Origin: an uncultured Gemmatimonadales bacterium
Lineage (GTDB): Bacteria > Gemmatimonadota > Gemmatimonadetes > Longimicrobiales > RSA9
NCBI GenBank assembly: GCA_963783305.1
Contig: CAWAMW010000017.1
Span: forward strand, 320,001 to 384,000
Reading direction: 5' to 3'
Length of the DNA: 64,000 nucleotides
Shown: positions 19,564-29,391 of the stretch, in pieces
Layout: every line of letters starts with the position of its first letter
Position numbering within the stretch: the stretch's first letter is position 1
Notes under the pieces: generated by a model
Told to the model about the DNA's origin: nothing
Seen by the model: only the letters and a program-made list of their open reading frames with translations
Databases searched by the model: none
Position numbers and translations under genes: made by a program

Positions 19564-20773
19564 CGACGACGACCTCGTCGCCGGGGCGCTCGCCGGCCTC
19601 CAGACCCTCCAGAAGCGACAGCAGTCCGGCGGCTTCCCAGGCCTGATTCCGGCGTTTTCGGGTGACCGGCAGAAGAACTCCGGCCTGCTGGAGGCTCTCC
19701 AGTCCCTGGTAAACCCGCGGCTTGGCTCGACCCGTTGCGGCCGCCGCCACCGGAGCCGTGATGATCGGGTGCGCGGGAAGGACGTCGATGATCGCCCAGG
19801 CGGCCGCATCGGACCGGGGCGCGCTCGGCAGCTTCCCCAGCGCCGACTTCCACTGGCTTGTGAGGTCAGCCACGGCCCGCAGGTATTGAGAGGCGAGGTT
19901 CGCGCTCGTGGCCGTCGCGGCGGCGAAATGATCGATCCAGCGGGCGACGTCATCCTCACGGTACGCCGTCAGGCCGGCGATGTAGCGATCCCTGTTGTTG
20001 GCCAGCACGACGCTGATCGGTGGCACGTACTCGGGTGCAATGCCGCGCCGGTTCAGCACGACGTGGATCAGCGCGCGGCCGGTTCGGCCGTTTCCGTCGT
20101 GAAAGGGGTGGATGGTCTCGAACTGCGCGTGGACAAGCGCCGCCTGTACCAGCGGTGGCAGGCGGTCGTCCTGCATGGCGCCGAAGAGGTCGTCCAGCAG
20201 ATCGGGCACGTGCTCCGGAGGCGGGGGCACGAAGTCGGCCCCGCACGGGGTGTAGTCGTTCCCGCCGATCCAGTTCTGCTCCTCCCTGATCCTGCCCGCG
20301 AGCCGCGGGTTGGTGCTGCCCTCCATCACACGACAATGAATCGCCTCGAGCTCCGTACGGCCGAACCGCGCCGCACCGGCCGCTTCGTCGATCGCCAGCC
20401 GCATCGCGTCGATGTTGGCGAGGATCTCTTCCGCCGTGGCGCCCGCCTTGCCACCGGTTTCCAGCTTCGCCTCCGCGCGCGCGAGCTTCCGCACGCCCAT
20501 CTGCATGCCCTCCACCTTCGAAGAGGCAATGGACTCGGTACGCAGAAGCAGCCGCGCGAGCGGTGCCAGCGCCGGGCGAGCACTCGCGTTGAGATCCCGC
20601 ACCGCCGCCTCGGCCTCCGATACCACTCCCGCCAGCTCGCCACCGAGCGTGAGATCCACCGCTGACAAGGGATCGGGGATGTACGCCTGGTATCGGCACG
20701 CACGCCGATACTTCCGCGGGGCCGGACTCCGCGGATCGTGCTCCCACGTCATTTCTACCCAGCGCCCGCCCAT
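19550..20773 (-). CDS. Fic family protein with C-terminal HTH-like region
   Basis: HPFHDGNGRTGR Fic motif; ESIASSKVEG. Confidence 0.92.
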   Translation of the reverse strand: MGGRWVEMTWEHDPRSPAPRKYRRACRYQAYIPDPLSAVDLTLGGELAGVVSEAEAAVRDLNASARPALAPLARLLLRTESIASSKVEGMQMGVRKLARAEAKLETGGKAGATAEEILANIDAMRLAIDEAAGAARFGRTELEAIHCRVMEGSTNPRLAGRIREEQNWIGGNDYTPCGADFVPPPPEHVPDLLDDLFGAMQDDRLPPLVQAALVHAQFETIHPFHDGNGRTGRALIHVVLNRRGIAPEYVPPISVVLANNRDRYIAGLTAYREDDVARWIDHFAAATATSANLASQYLRAVADLTSQWKSALGKLPSAPRSDAAAWAIIDVLPAHPIITAPVAAAATGRAKPRVYQGLESLQQAGVLLPVTRKRRNQAWEAAGLLSLLEGLEAGERPGDEVVVATPS

Positions 20774-20810
20774 GTCTCGGCCCTTCTAAACGAAACTGCC
20801 CGGATCGCGC

Positions 20811-20861
20811 TAGTTACACTTGTGATATATGTGTAACTAACCACGATCCAAAGTTACACTT
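20811..20861. promoter_or_regulatory. Palindrome TAGTTACAC-N11-GTGTAACTA plus extra half-site, upstream of Fic
   Basis: Perfect 9-bp arms at 20811-20819 and 20831-20839; AGTTACACTT repeated at 20852. Confidence 0.65.
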
Positions 20862-20912
20862 CCATGGGGCAGAAGAACAGAACGGCGGAATCGAGGGTCC
20901 GAGCCGGCGCGC

Positions 20913-21963
20913 TTACCTGCCGTCCGACGGCGCCACCACCGCCTCGCAGTGCGCCGGCATCTCCAGCCGCAGCCACGCGCGCACGCGTCCGCCGCACAGG
21001 TATGGCCGGATCGTGATGGGCTCGGCGGACGTGGTGTCCAGGACGACGTGGACCCAGCCGACGTCCGGCTCGCCGAACGTCTGGAGCCGCCGCACGTTCT
21101 CGAGCGTCCGCCCCGTGGCCGGGTCCCGTAGCGGCCGGTCCCAGGTCAGCTCGTGCCAGTCGCCGTGGACGAGGAGCACGCGGCCGCCCCAGCCGGCGGC
21201 GGACGCGGCCCCGCGGGCGAGGGCGGCGATGAAGGGGGCGAACGGGTCGTCGTCGAAGGGCGCGCCGTGGAACGCGATCACCACCACCGGCGACGCCAGC
21301 TCCCGCGCCCGCTCGAACGCCGACCCGACCCACGCCACCGCCGCCGCCGTCCGCGCCTCCACCGCGCTGTCGTGCCCCGCCGTCCGGCCCCGGAACCGGT
21401 CCATGCCGTTGCCCGACCCGACGATGTGCGCCGTCGCGACCACCACCGACCCCAGCTCGAAGCGCGCGTGCTCCGGGTACGGCAGCCCGGCGGCCGAGTC
21501 CTGCGTCACGAACCCCGGCAGGCGACGGTTCCCGGCCGCCCACTCCCCGGCGTAGAACACCCGCCGCAGCGACGCCAGCCGCTCCAGCGGGTCCACGCCC
21601 CGGCGGTGGCAGTCCGTCCACTCGTTGTCGCCCGGCGTGTAGACGACCGGCACCGACGCCGGCAGCCGCTCCAGCTGGCGACGCCGCTCCTCGTAGCTCC
21701 CGTCCGTGCAGCTGTCCGTGTCGATGTCGCCCACGTGCAGCAGGAAGTCCGGCGCCACCCGGGCGATGTCGTCCAGGAGCACGTCGACCTGCCGCTCGGC
21801 GGGGGCGGTGTAGGGGCCGTCGCCGAAGACGGCAAAGGAGATGGCGTTGGGCGGCGATGGATCGGGCGAGAACCTCGCCGGTGTCGGCGCACGCCGAGAG
21901 GGGCAGGAGAAGTGCGCCCACGGCCAGGAAGCCGTGAGGGGGGTGTGCAATACGTGATGCCAT
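20913..21963 (-). CDS. Metallophosphoesterase lipoprotein, one frameshift near 21870
   Basis: FAVFGDGPY, HVGDI, YTPGDNEW, LVHGDWH; the lipobox LSAC signal peptide is in the neighbouring frame starting at 21963. Confidence 0.75.
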
Positions 21964-21970
21964 GATTGCA

Positions 21971-22981
21971 CTACTCCGGTTTCTTCTTCCGCTCGTGCGC
22001 CTCATGAACTCGTCCCGCGAAGTATGCGAGCGCCATCTGGATGACTTCTTTCGTCCTGGGAGTTTCCTTGTAGCGGTTTCGCTCGAACACCACGTTGGCG
22101 ATGTCTTCGCCTTCCACGACCAGGAGCCGCGAGTCATCGTTTGCATCGCGATTCCCGGAGACGGTTGTCATGCCTATCGGTCGTTCGTCGATGGAGACGG
22201 CGGATTTCTGCTCCAGGAGTCGCAGATACCCGCGCTGCGGGCCGGTCAGCACCACGTACGAGAACCGGCCGTCCCGCGCCAACGCAAAGTCCCGTAGGAC
22301 GCCACGGTACAGGAGAACCCGATCCTCGGCGCGAACATGCGTAAGCAGGTACGCGAACGTGAAGGCGTCTCCGGACTGCTCTGGTTTGATGGCGAGTCGG
22401 TACACCCAGGGATGCTGCGCGAGGAAGCGAAGTCGGCCGTGTAAGACCTGCGTCCCAGCGAACCATCCCACCAGGAGCCCGGCCGCGCTGGACACGCCGA
22501 GATACAGGAGGATGCGGGAAGAGTTGACCGTGAGGTTCTGGGCGAGCGCGTGCAGGGAAACGTGGTCCTCTGCACCCTGGAGCTGGAACGCGGCCAGCAA
22601 AATCAGGGTGTCGACGCAAAACGCCGACCCGCCGGCGACCCAGAGATACAGGGCCACGCCGCCACCGAGGGCGGCAGCTATCGTCAGCCACCAGCGCGCC
22701 GTTCCCGCCTGACGGAAGAGCCAGGCGCCCCCGGCCAGGGATATCGCGGCAAACGCCAGCAGCGCGACCAAAGTCCCATCGGCCAGGCACAAGTTCCTGA
22801 GCGCGACGAAGAGAGCTCCGTGGATGGCGACGGAGATCAGGATGGTCCCCGCCAGCTGTCCGAGTACCGAACGCGGGGCCGCATCCCGCGTGAACTTCTC
22901 GGGCATGTAGATGCCCACGAAGAACAGGAAGCCCGGGAGGAGGAAGGCGAGCAGGGCAACAGTGCCCCAGGCTAAGGACAT
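21971..22981 (-). CDS. Multi-TM hypothetical protein
   Basis: LAFLLPGFLF N-terminus, several TM segments and a soluble C-terminal domain (LYRGVLRDF). Confidence 0.65.
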   Translation of the reverse strand: MSLAWGTVALLAFLLPGFLFFVGIYMPEKFTRDAAPRSVLGQLAGTILISVAIHGALFVALRNLCLADGTLVALLAFAAISLAGGAWLFRQAGTARWWLTIAAALGGGVALYLWVAGGSAFCVDTLILLAAFQLQGAEDHVSLHALAQNLTVNSSRILLYLGVSSAAGLLVGWFAGTQVLHGRLRFLAQHPWVYRLAIKPEQSGDAFTFAYLLTHVRAEDRVLLYRGVLRDFALARDGRFSYVVLTGPQRGYLRLLEQKSAVSIDERPIGMTTVSGNRDANDDSRLLVVEGEDIANVVFERNRYKETPRTKEVIQMALAYFAGRVHEAHERKKKPE

Positions 22982-23040
22982 GGCCGGCGATCAGTTGGGG
23001 GGGGGGCGGTCCGCAAACCGCAGAAGAACGGAGGGTCCAG

Positions 23041-23268
23041 CTAAACGGCTGCGGCCTCGCCAGAACCAACTTCCTGACGGACCCGGGCCGCCACAGCGCC
23101 CAGACCGCGGCTCTCGAGGATCTCGTAAATGACATCCTCGATGGCCGGCGGCTCACCCGCCTCGCGAGGGGCGTTCTTGAAGGCCTCTTCGACCAGACCG
23201 ACGTCCCCGCCCGCGATCTTGAGCAACTGGTCCATCAGCCGCTCCTGCTGGCCACTCATGACTGTCAT
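23041..23268 (-). CDS. Small hypothetical protein
   Basis: GAGGAGG RBS before ATG; protein-like composition. Confidence 0.55.
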   Translation of the reverse strand: MTVMSGQQERLMDQLLKIAGGDVGLVEEAFKNAPREAGEPPAIEDVIYEILESRGLGAVAARVRQEVGSGEAAAV

Positions 23269-23516
23269 GCCGGCCTCCTCTTCGTTCGTGGTTCCGGGTG
23301 ATATTCTACCCGACCAGACACAACGTGTTGCAACTCTCTGGCCGCAGTGGCACCGACCCGATCACCGCCGCTTTCGAGTATGGTCCGGGGCACCGCGGAA
23401 GGCAATGGTACGATGAGCCATTGCCGCCGCTGACTTCTGGACCGTCACCACCCGCGCGGTCTTGCGGATCGCCTCCTGACCCTTGGCGCTCCGGAAGATG
23501 TCGGCCGGGGACACGC

Positions 23517-23762
23517 TCACGCCGGAGCGCCGCGCAGCAGGCCCTCCGTGCTCAGATCCTCGTCCAGGTCCGGCCAGTGGATTCCGAAGCCGGCACCCGC
23601 GATCCGCCAGTTTGCGCGCGCGGCCGGCGGGGCGTGCAGCAGGCGGGGATACCAGGAGAGCGGGACGGTAATGGTGCGGCCGTCGGCGAGGTCGACGCTC
23701 ATGGTGTCGTCGTCGAACCGCACGTCCTTGACCCGTGCGCCCTCAGATCCCGAAGTAGTCAT
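23517..23762 (-). CDS. DUF2442 domain protein (antitoxin-like); partner not evident
   Basis: VDLADGRTITVPLSWYPRL...GIHWPDLDEDLSTEGLL. Confidence 0.85.
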   Translation of the reverse strand: MTTSGSEGARVKDVRFDDDTMSVDLADGRTITVPLSWYPRLLHAPPAARANWRIAGAGFGIHWPDLDEDLSTEGLLRGAPA

Positions 23763-23873
23763 GCCACCAAAACTTGGCCAAGCACGCGTCACGGTCAATG
23801 TGCACGTGTGGCGTACGTCCGGATCGACGTGTTCCCATTGCTTTTCACTCACCGCGACCCGATTCATCCCCTC

Positions 23874-26222
23874 ATGACACGACTCCCCCCTGGTCCGGCC
23901 CGCGCCACAGTTGTCTCCCTCGTGCTGGCGACCGCCCTCGCCCTGTCCGCATGCACTCCCGCCGCTCCCGCAGCGACGGCGGCCGCCGCCAGCCCTACGA
24001 CCCCCGAACACGGCCTCGCACGCCCCGAACCCCGAGCCGTCATCCACCGCGACGCCTGGGGTGTCCCGCACGTGCTGGCGGACACCGACGAGGGCGCGGT
24101 CTTCGGGATGGCGTGGGCGCTGGCGGAGGACGACTGGCGGCTGATCGAGGAGAACTACCTGCACGCGCTGGGTCGCTCAGCGGAGCTGGCGGGGGACGAC
24201 GGGGTGCGGGACGACTGGATGGCGCGCACGCTGGAGATCGTGCCGCTGTCGGTGGCGGAATACGACGCCGCGTCGCCCCGGCTCCGCGGGCTCCTGGACG
24301 CCTTCGCCGACGGGCTGAACTCGTGGCTCGAATCGCGTCCGCGGGAGGAGCTGCGCATCCTCACCCGGGTGGAGCCGTGGTACCCGCTCGCGCTGATCCG
24401 CTACAAGTACTACCAGAACGAGTTCCTGGGCTACGCGGGCCTCCGCGGCGCGTGGGCCGAGCGGCTGTTCGACCGGGGGCTGGGCGACACGCCGTCGAAG
24501 GTGGCGTCGTCGAGCGGGTGGTCGGACGGCGGGCCACCGTCGAAGGCGTATTACGAGGCGCAGTTCGACGAGCTCGGGTTCCGCCCCCGGGGGTCGAACC
24601 AGTGGGCGCTGGCGCCGTCGCGTACGGCGAGCGGCCACGCCATGCTGCTGATCAACCCGCACCAGTCGTTCGTGGGCGTGCAGCGGTACGCCGAGATCCA
24701 CCTGGACAGCCGGGAGGGGCTGCGCTTCTCGGGGCTCACCGTGTTCGGGTTCCTGCTCCCGTACATGGGCCACAATCCAGCGCTGGGCTGGGCCTACACC
24801 GACAACTACGCCGACCACAGCGACCTCTGGGCCACCGCCTTCGACGACCCGGGCGACGCGCTCCGCTACCGGTACGACGACGGCTGGCGCACCGCCAGCA
24901 CCTGGATCGATACCCTCCGCGTCCGCACCGGCTCGGGGATGGAGACCCGCGTGTTCCGGCACTGGAAGACGCACCACGGCTCCATCGTCGGGATCGACGA
25001 CGACGGGCGGCCGCTGGCGGTGCGGATGGCCCGGTACGAGGAGGGCGGCTGGTACGACCAGTGGGACGCCATGATCCGGGCCGGGTCGCTGGACGAATGG
25101 CGCGCGGCCGTCGCCATGCTCCGGGTCGCCTACATGAACACCATGTACGCCGACCGCGAGGGCAACATCGGCTACATCTACAACTCCGCCGTGCCGCGCC
25201 GCGCCCCGGGCGTGGACCCGGGCGAGGTCCTGGACGGCAGCGACCCGGCGACCGAGTGGCGGGGCTTCCACGACCTGGACGAGCTGCCCCAGGTCTGGAA
25301 CCCCGACACCGGCTGGCTCCTCAACACCAACTCCACCCCCTACACCGTCACCACCGGCCTCGCCATGGGGCGGGGCGACTTCCCCCACTACATGGTCGGA
25401 TTCGAGCACGACAACGTCCGGGCCGTCAGCTCCCGGCGCGTCCTCCGCGACCTCGAGGGGGTGACGCTCGACGACTTCGCCTCGCGCGTCTGGGACAGCT
25501 GGCTGAGCGTGGCCGACGAGGACATCATCCCCGCGCTGATGGAGGAGTGGGCCGCCACCTCGTTCCCGGCCGACGACCCCGCCGGCGCCGAGCTCGCCCG
25601 CGCCATCGACCGGCTGGCCCGCTGGGACCGCGTCGCCGACACCGCGTCGGTGGAGACCACCTGGCTCACGCTCACGATGGAGCGATGGGGGGCGCTCGGG
25701 GTCGATCCACCCCTGACGGTGGCCATGCTGGCCGACGTGCTGAGCTCATTGCGCGAGGAGTGGGGCACCACCGAAGTCGCCTGGGGCCGGATCAACCGAC
25801 ACCAGCGCCCGCTACCCGGCGAGCCCGCCCGCGCCCTCGACCCCGACCGGCCGAGCCTCCCGGTGGGCGGCGCCAGCGGCGGGTTCGGCTCGGTGTTCAG
25901 CTACTGGAGCGTCCCCGTCGACGGCCCCGCCGGCCTGCGGATCGGCGTGGGCGGCAACTCGTTCGTCAAGGTCATCGAGTTCGGCCCGACGCCCACCGCC
26001 CGGTCCGTGCTGAACTACGGCCAGAGCGGGGACCCCGGCTCGAGACACTTCTTCGACCAGGCGGAGCTGTACGTCCGGCGGGCGTTCAAGCCGGCGTGGT
26101 TCACGCGGGCGGAGGTGGAAGGGAATGCGGTGCGGTCGTACGGGGTGGGAGGGGCGAAGCGGCGTCGACGAGACGGGCGCGGCACATCCGCTCGACGAAA
26201 GCCGGCCGCCGAGTCTGCGTAG
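23874..26222 (+). CDS. Penicillin acylase family (Ntn hydrolase) lipoprotein
   Basis: RDAWGVPHV, GSNQWAL nucleophile Ser, NPH, NTMYADREGNI, GQSGDPGSRHFFDQ; lipobox LSAC. Confidence 0.92.
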   Translation: MTRLPPGPARATVVSLVLATALALSACTPAAPAATAAAASPTTPEHGLARPEPRAVIHRDAWGVPHVLADTDEGAVFGMAWALAEDDWRLIEENYLHALGRSAELAGDDGVRDDWMARTLEIVPLSVAEYDAASPRLRGLLDAFADGLNSWLESRPREELRILTRVEPWYPLALIRYKYYQNEFLGYAGLRGAWAERLFDRGLGDTPSKVASSSGWSDGGPPSKAYYEAQFDELGFRPRGSNQWALAPSRTASGHAMLLINPHQSFVGVQRYAEIHLDSREGLRFSGLTVFGFLLPYMGHNPALGWAYTDNYADHSDLWATAFDDPGDALRYRYDDGWRTASTWIDTLRVRTGSGMETRVFRHWKTHHGSIVGIDDDGRPLAVRMARYEEGGWYDQWDAMIRAGSLDEWRAAVAMLRVAYMNTMYADREGNIGYIYNSAVPRRAPGVDPGEVLDGSDPATEWRGFHDLDELPQVWNPDTGWLLNTNSTPYTVTTGLAMGRGDFPHYMVGFEHDNVRAVSSRRVLRDLEGVTLDDFASRVWDSWLSVADEDIIPALMEEWAATSFPADDPAGAELARAIDRLARWDRVADTASVETTWLTLTMERWGALGVDPPLTVAMLADVLSSLREEWGTTEVAWGRINRHQRPLPGEPARALDPDRPSLPVGGASGGFGSVFSYWSVPVDGPAGLRIGVGGNSFVKVIEFGPTPTARSVLNYGQSGDPGSRHFFDQAELYVRRAFKPAWFTRAEVEGNAVRSYGVGGAKRRRRDGRGTSARRKPAAESA

Positions 26223-26379
26223 GAGCCGGCAACGACGGTTGCCGCTCCCACCCCGGTGAAGAACACGCGCAGCGACGGCAGCCGAGCTGGCGACAACGCT
26301 CCGCGTTGCTCCGTCGTGCAGCGGCTCGGTGTAATGTCGCGCGCGTGAGAGAGGGATTCCGGTCTTCGACTTGTGTAGG

Positions 26380-26537
26380 GGTAAGTCGCCTGCCGCTCGG
26401 ACGTTGGGTGGTTGTAGGGGCCGACGCAAAGACGGCGAGGATATGGCGTTGGTGGGGAGCGGGGCGTGGCCGGCATCGGCGCACGCGGCGAAGACAATGA
26501 GGATTGGCCAGGCGCCGGGCTTCAGCATTCTGCTCAT
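26380..26537 (-). pseudogene. Degenerate 5' fragment of a second metallophosphoesterase lipoprotein
   Basis: FAACAD...NAIS and CCAACGCCATATCCTCGCCGTCTTTGCGTCGGCCCCTAC resemble the start of the 21963 gene. Confidence 0.5.
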
Positions 26538-26569
26538 TCGGCTCCTGACGATACGTGGGACGGGACGCT

Positions 26570-26596
26570 AGTTACATATATGATGCGTCCGTAACT
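26570..26596. promoter_or_regulatory. Second AGTTAC-N15-GTAACT site
   Basis: Same arms, spacing and preceding CGCT as the 20812 site; lies at the edge of the AT-richer block. Confidence 0.6.
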
Positions 26597-26599
26597 TTC

Positions 26600-27865
26600 C
26601 CCAAAGAAGACCTGCCTGTGAAAACGCACATCCGGAGGCAGTAAGCGTAGGCTCAAGGTCGATAAGAAAAAGATGAACGGACTACTGTCAATCATCGTGC
26701 TTATTAAAGGGCGGAGGTCCAGGCCGAAGTCTACCAGCCAATGGAAAGAGAACGCCGACGCTCCTGTATCACTTAGATATACAAGGTCGAGTAGATCCAA
26801 CATGAACTCGACTGTCTCCCGGCTCAGTTGTCATGCACGACAGGACTTAGTGCTTGCAATCCACTACAACATCACGCTCTTCCCGCAGCGTGTAGAGACC
26901 GACCGCCTGAACTCGACGCAATTGACCTACCCACAGCGACCTGAACTGAAGAAGATTGGCACTATACCAGAAGTAGAAGTATAGAACTACAGCTAGCTCA
27001 GAACGACAATACAGTGTAACAGATCGATCCGTACAAAGACCAACGAATTGTATTTTAGCAAGGATCAGCGGCGAAATCGACTGGTGTTAGGAACACCTCA
27101 CAGGTGATACTCAGACTCTTCACTCTAACATCAATCGGCTGAGAATTGAATTTTCGCGGAGCCGCAAACCTCCGGTACTGGTGCTTCACAACAGGGAAAG
27201 CAGCAAGAAAAAAGAAAGAAAAAGAAGAAAAAGGAAGCAAAGAAAGAAAGACGAAGAACAGCACGGAAGTGGAAAAGGGCAGCGAGGACTCAAGGTCGAT
27301 AGCTGCAAAAGGAGCTCAGTTCTGAATTGCCGCTTGTTAAGATCATGGCTTGCTTGTAGTTCTGATGTGAGCGGTTAAAAAGCTGCTGAATAGACCGGTA
27401 TAGATTCTTGTAAGGATTACCATTGGGTCCACGGTTATAGCATTCTCGAACCTTCGACATTCCCGGTCCGTCTTTGCTAAGATCCTCCTTAACTGTCTAA
27501 CAACTCTTTCTTCTCGACTTCACTGAAAGACGCCGAGCTGACGAGCAAGATCTCAGTTCTGAAATTCAAACCTGATGTCGACGAAGACTTTGGGTGTCCG
27601 AAGAGTCCACTCCCAGTGGATCAGGTTGTCCGAGTCGTCACTGCGAAGAAAGTTCTGTATTACGTTGGGTGGGCTGAACCGAGCGAGATAGCAATAAGGT
27701 CTGCTGGCCTGATTTCATTCTCTATTATCCAGCGGTACTGTACTTTGACTGCGGGTTAGCGGTAAACAGCTCTGCGATCTCCTTCTGACTAATGTTTCCC
27801 AACTAGAGAGGTATTCTGAGTCCACCATACCGTTGAAACCAGTGAGTGGGAATTTCTGATTCCAT
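26600..27865 (-). pseudogene. Heavily frameshifted AT-rich hypothetical CDS, possible HEPN-like Rx4H motif
   Basis: Protein-like pieces WIIENEIRPADL, IQNFLRSDDSDNLIHWEWTLRTPK, NPYKNLYRSIQQL, SQPIDVRVKSLSITC, RIDLLH; ATG 27865 lies just after the attC-like site; 3' end approximate. Confidence 0.5.
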
Positions 27866-27869
27866 GGCC

Positions 27870-27982
27870 CGCTAACGCCACTTCGGAGGCTGCAGGCCAA
27901 CCAGCGCCGAACAGCTCGCTCGACTACTAATCAAACAGCGGCTTCGCGCCCGCTCGTTCTGCCTGGATTCCGTCCGTTATGC
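27870..27982 (-). other. attC-like integron cassette recombination site
   Basis: Minus strand GCATAAC...GTTAGCG, about 113 bp, between a stop codon (27999) and the next ATG (27865); internal symmetry is imperfect. Confidence 0.5.
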
Positions 27983-27998
27983 CAGAGCATGACAGCTC

Positions 27999-29234
27999 TC
28001 AGTACCCCTGCGCCGCAAGCATCGAGCTACGAGTCCCGCAACTCGTCCCCGAAGGTAATGCGCCTGTTCCTTCGTTGCATTGCCATCTAGACGGTGCGTC
28101 TCACTGTTGAGCAAATCGAACAACTCAATGGCTGCCTCAGGTCGGCTTCAAAGAACTTTGCGATTTCGGGTCCCGCTTGGTCCGAAAGATGAAGCGAAGG
28201 CGCGCGCGGCGCGTGGGTTTCCGTTGTGCATGTCGTCAGGCGTTACAACGGGGAGGAGTTCCCTGTCCGGAGAGAGTTGGTGCATCAGGTGCGTGACGAG
28301 CTCACGAAACGATACCAGCGCGTGCTTTTGCCAATCCGTGCCGCCACGCGCGATTGCCTCCGACCCTCCTCGGTACATCACAGCAAGTTCGTTCGACAAA
28401 CCGCAAGGCGAGCCTCGAAGGAGTCGACGACAGCGGTAAGCTGCTCTTCCACCTCCTCGTCGGCATCGACGACTGACATATCGGCGAGCGACACGGACGC
28501 GCTGAGTCTCGTGGCAGCGTAAAGCTCGAGTCCGGGCGCACGGATTAGATCAATCGCCGTGTTTGCTACGAGGGAGTCACTCGCGCGGAACGATTCCATG
28601 ATACTTGTCGACGCCGATGATAGCCGTACCACGCCGCTGTGCAGTTCCGTTAGATACGACGCTGAAACGTTCGGGAGAAATGCCGCCGTATTCACTGACA
28701 GCGCCTGCGCAGTGGCCCCCAGCTGATATCGTGACTCGAGCCAGATAAGCGCGTTTGCAGACGCGAAATATGGCTCCGTGGCGAAGCTGATGCGCGAGAG
28801 CGAGTCAGACATACCCACTCGAAACGACGCATTGGCCAAAAAGGAGGCAATTGGCGGAGCCTCAAAGTCTCGAAGTGCGTTCACGGAGACACTGCCGAGG
28901 CGTTCGGCTAAGCCCGTCCCGGAGACCAAGGCGCTAACGGCTCCCGAGTACGGGGCAAGTGTCGCAAGAGCCGAAATAGACGACACATCCGTATGTAGGG
29001 CTGTAAGCGAACTGATTGCGGTGTTCGCATACTGCACTGACAGGGGTGTATGGGAGCCCAACACCGTGCCTGGCGTGAGCATCGTGTGCGCGAGGCTACC
29101 GGCGGAGATACGCGAGTTCGCGCCAGCATCGGATTAGTATGTGCGAGCGCTGCGGCAGGCGAGCTAAGTGCACCAAACAGTCCGGTGTCGACGAGCAAAG
29201 GGTTGCGAAGGATGTAGTCCCGAGGATCAGTCAT
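27999..29234 (-). pseudogene. Frameshifted CDS with C-terminal pPIWI-associating nuclease-like (HEPN-related) domain
   Basis: Ser/Ala-rich N-terminus, then MYRGG..DWQKHALVSFRELVTHLMHQLSPD...PTRRARLRFI...FDLLNSETH across frames. Confidence 0.55.
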
Positions 29235-29292
29235 TTGTCAGATCGGTAAGAGGGGATATATGGCCGCCGTTATCCAGCATCACCACCTTGTA

Positions 29293-29349
29293 CCGCGCTT
29301 ACCACTTCCCCCTATCGACCAGCGCCACGACCCCCGGCACCTCAAGCGC
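29293..29349. repeat. 57-bp diverged direct repeat of the R-M gene 3' end (33534-33590)
   Basis: Manual gap-free alignment: 46 of 57 positions identical. Confidence 0.8.
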
Positions 29350-29391
29350 GGTCCAGCTCGTTGTGGACTTTCCTCCACCCGACGGTCTCCA

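Noticed and set aside
26255..26340. Second attC-like hairpin (GACGG/CCGTC, CAACGC/GCGTTG)
   Set aside because: No convincing AAC/GTT core pair; too degenerate to call
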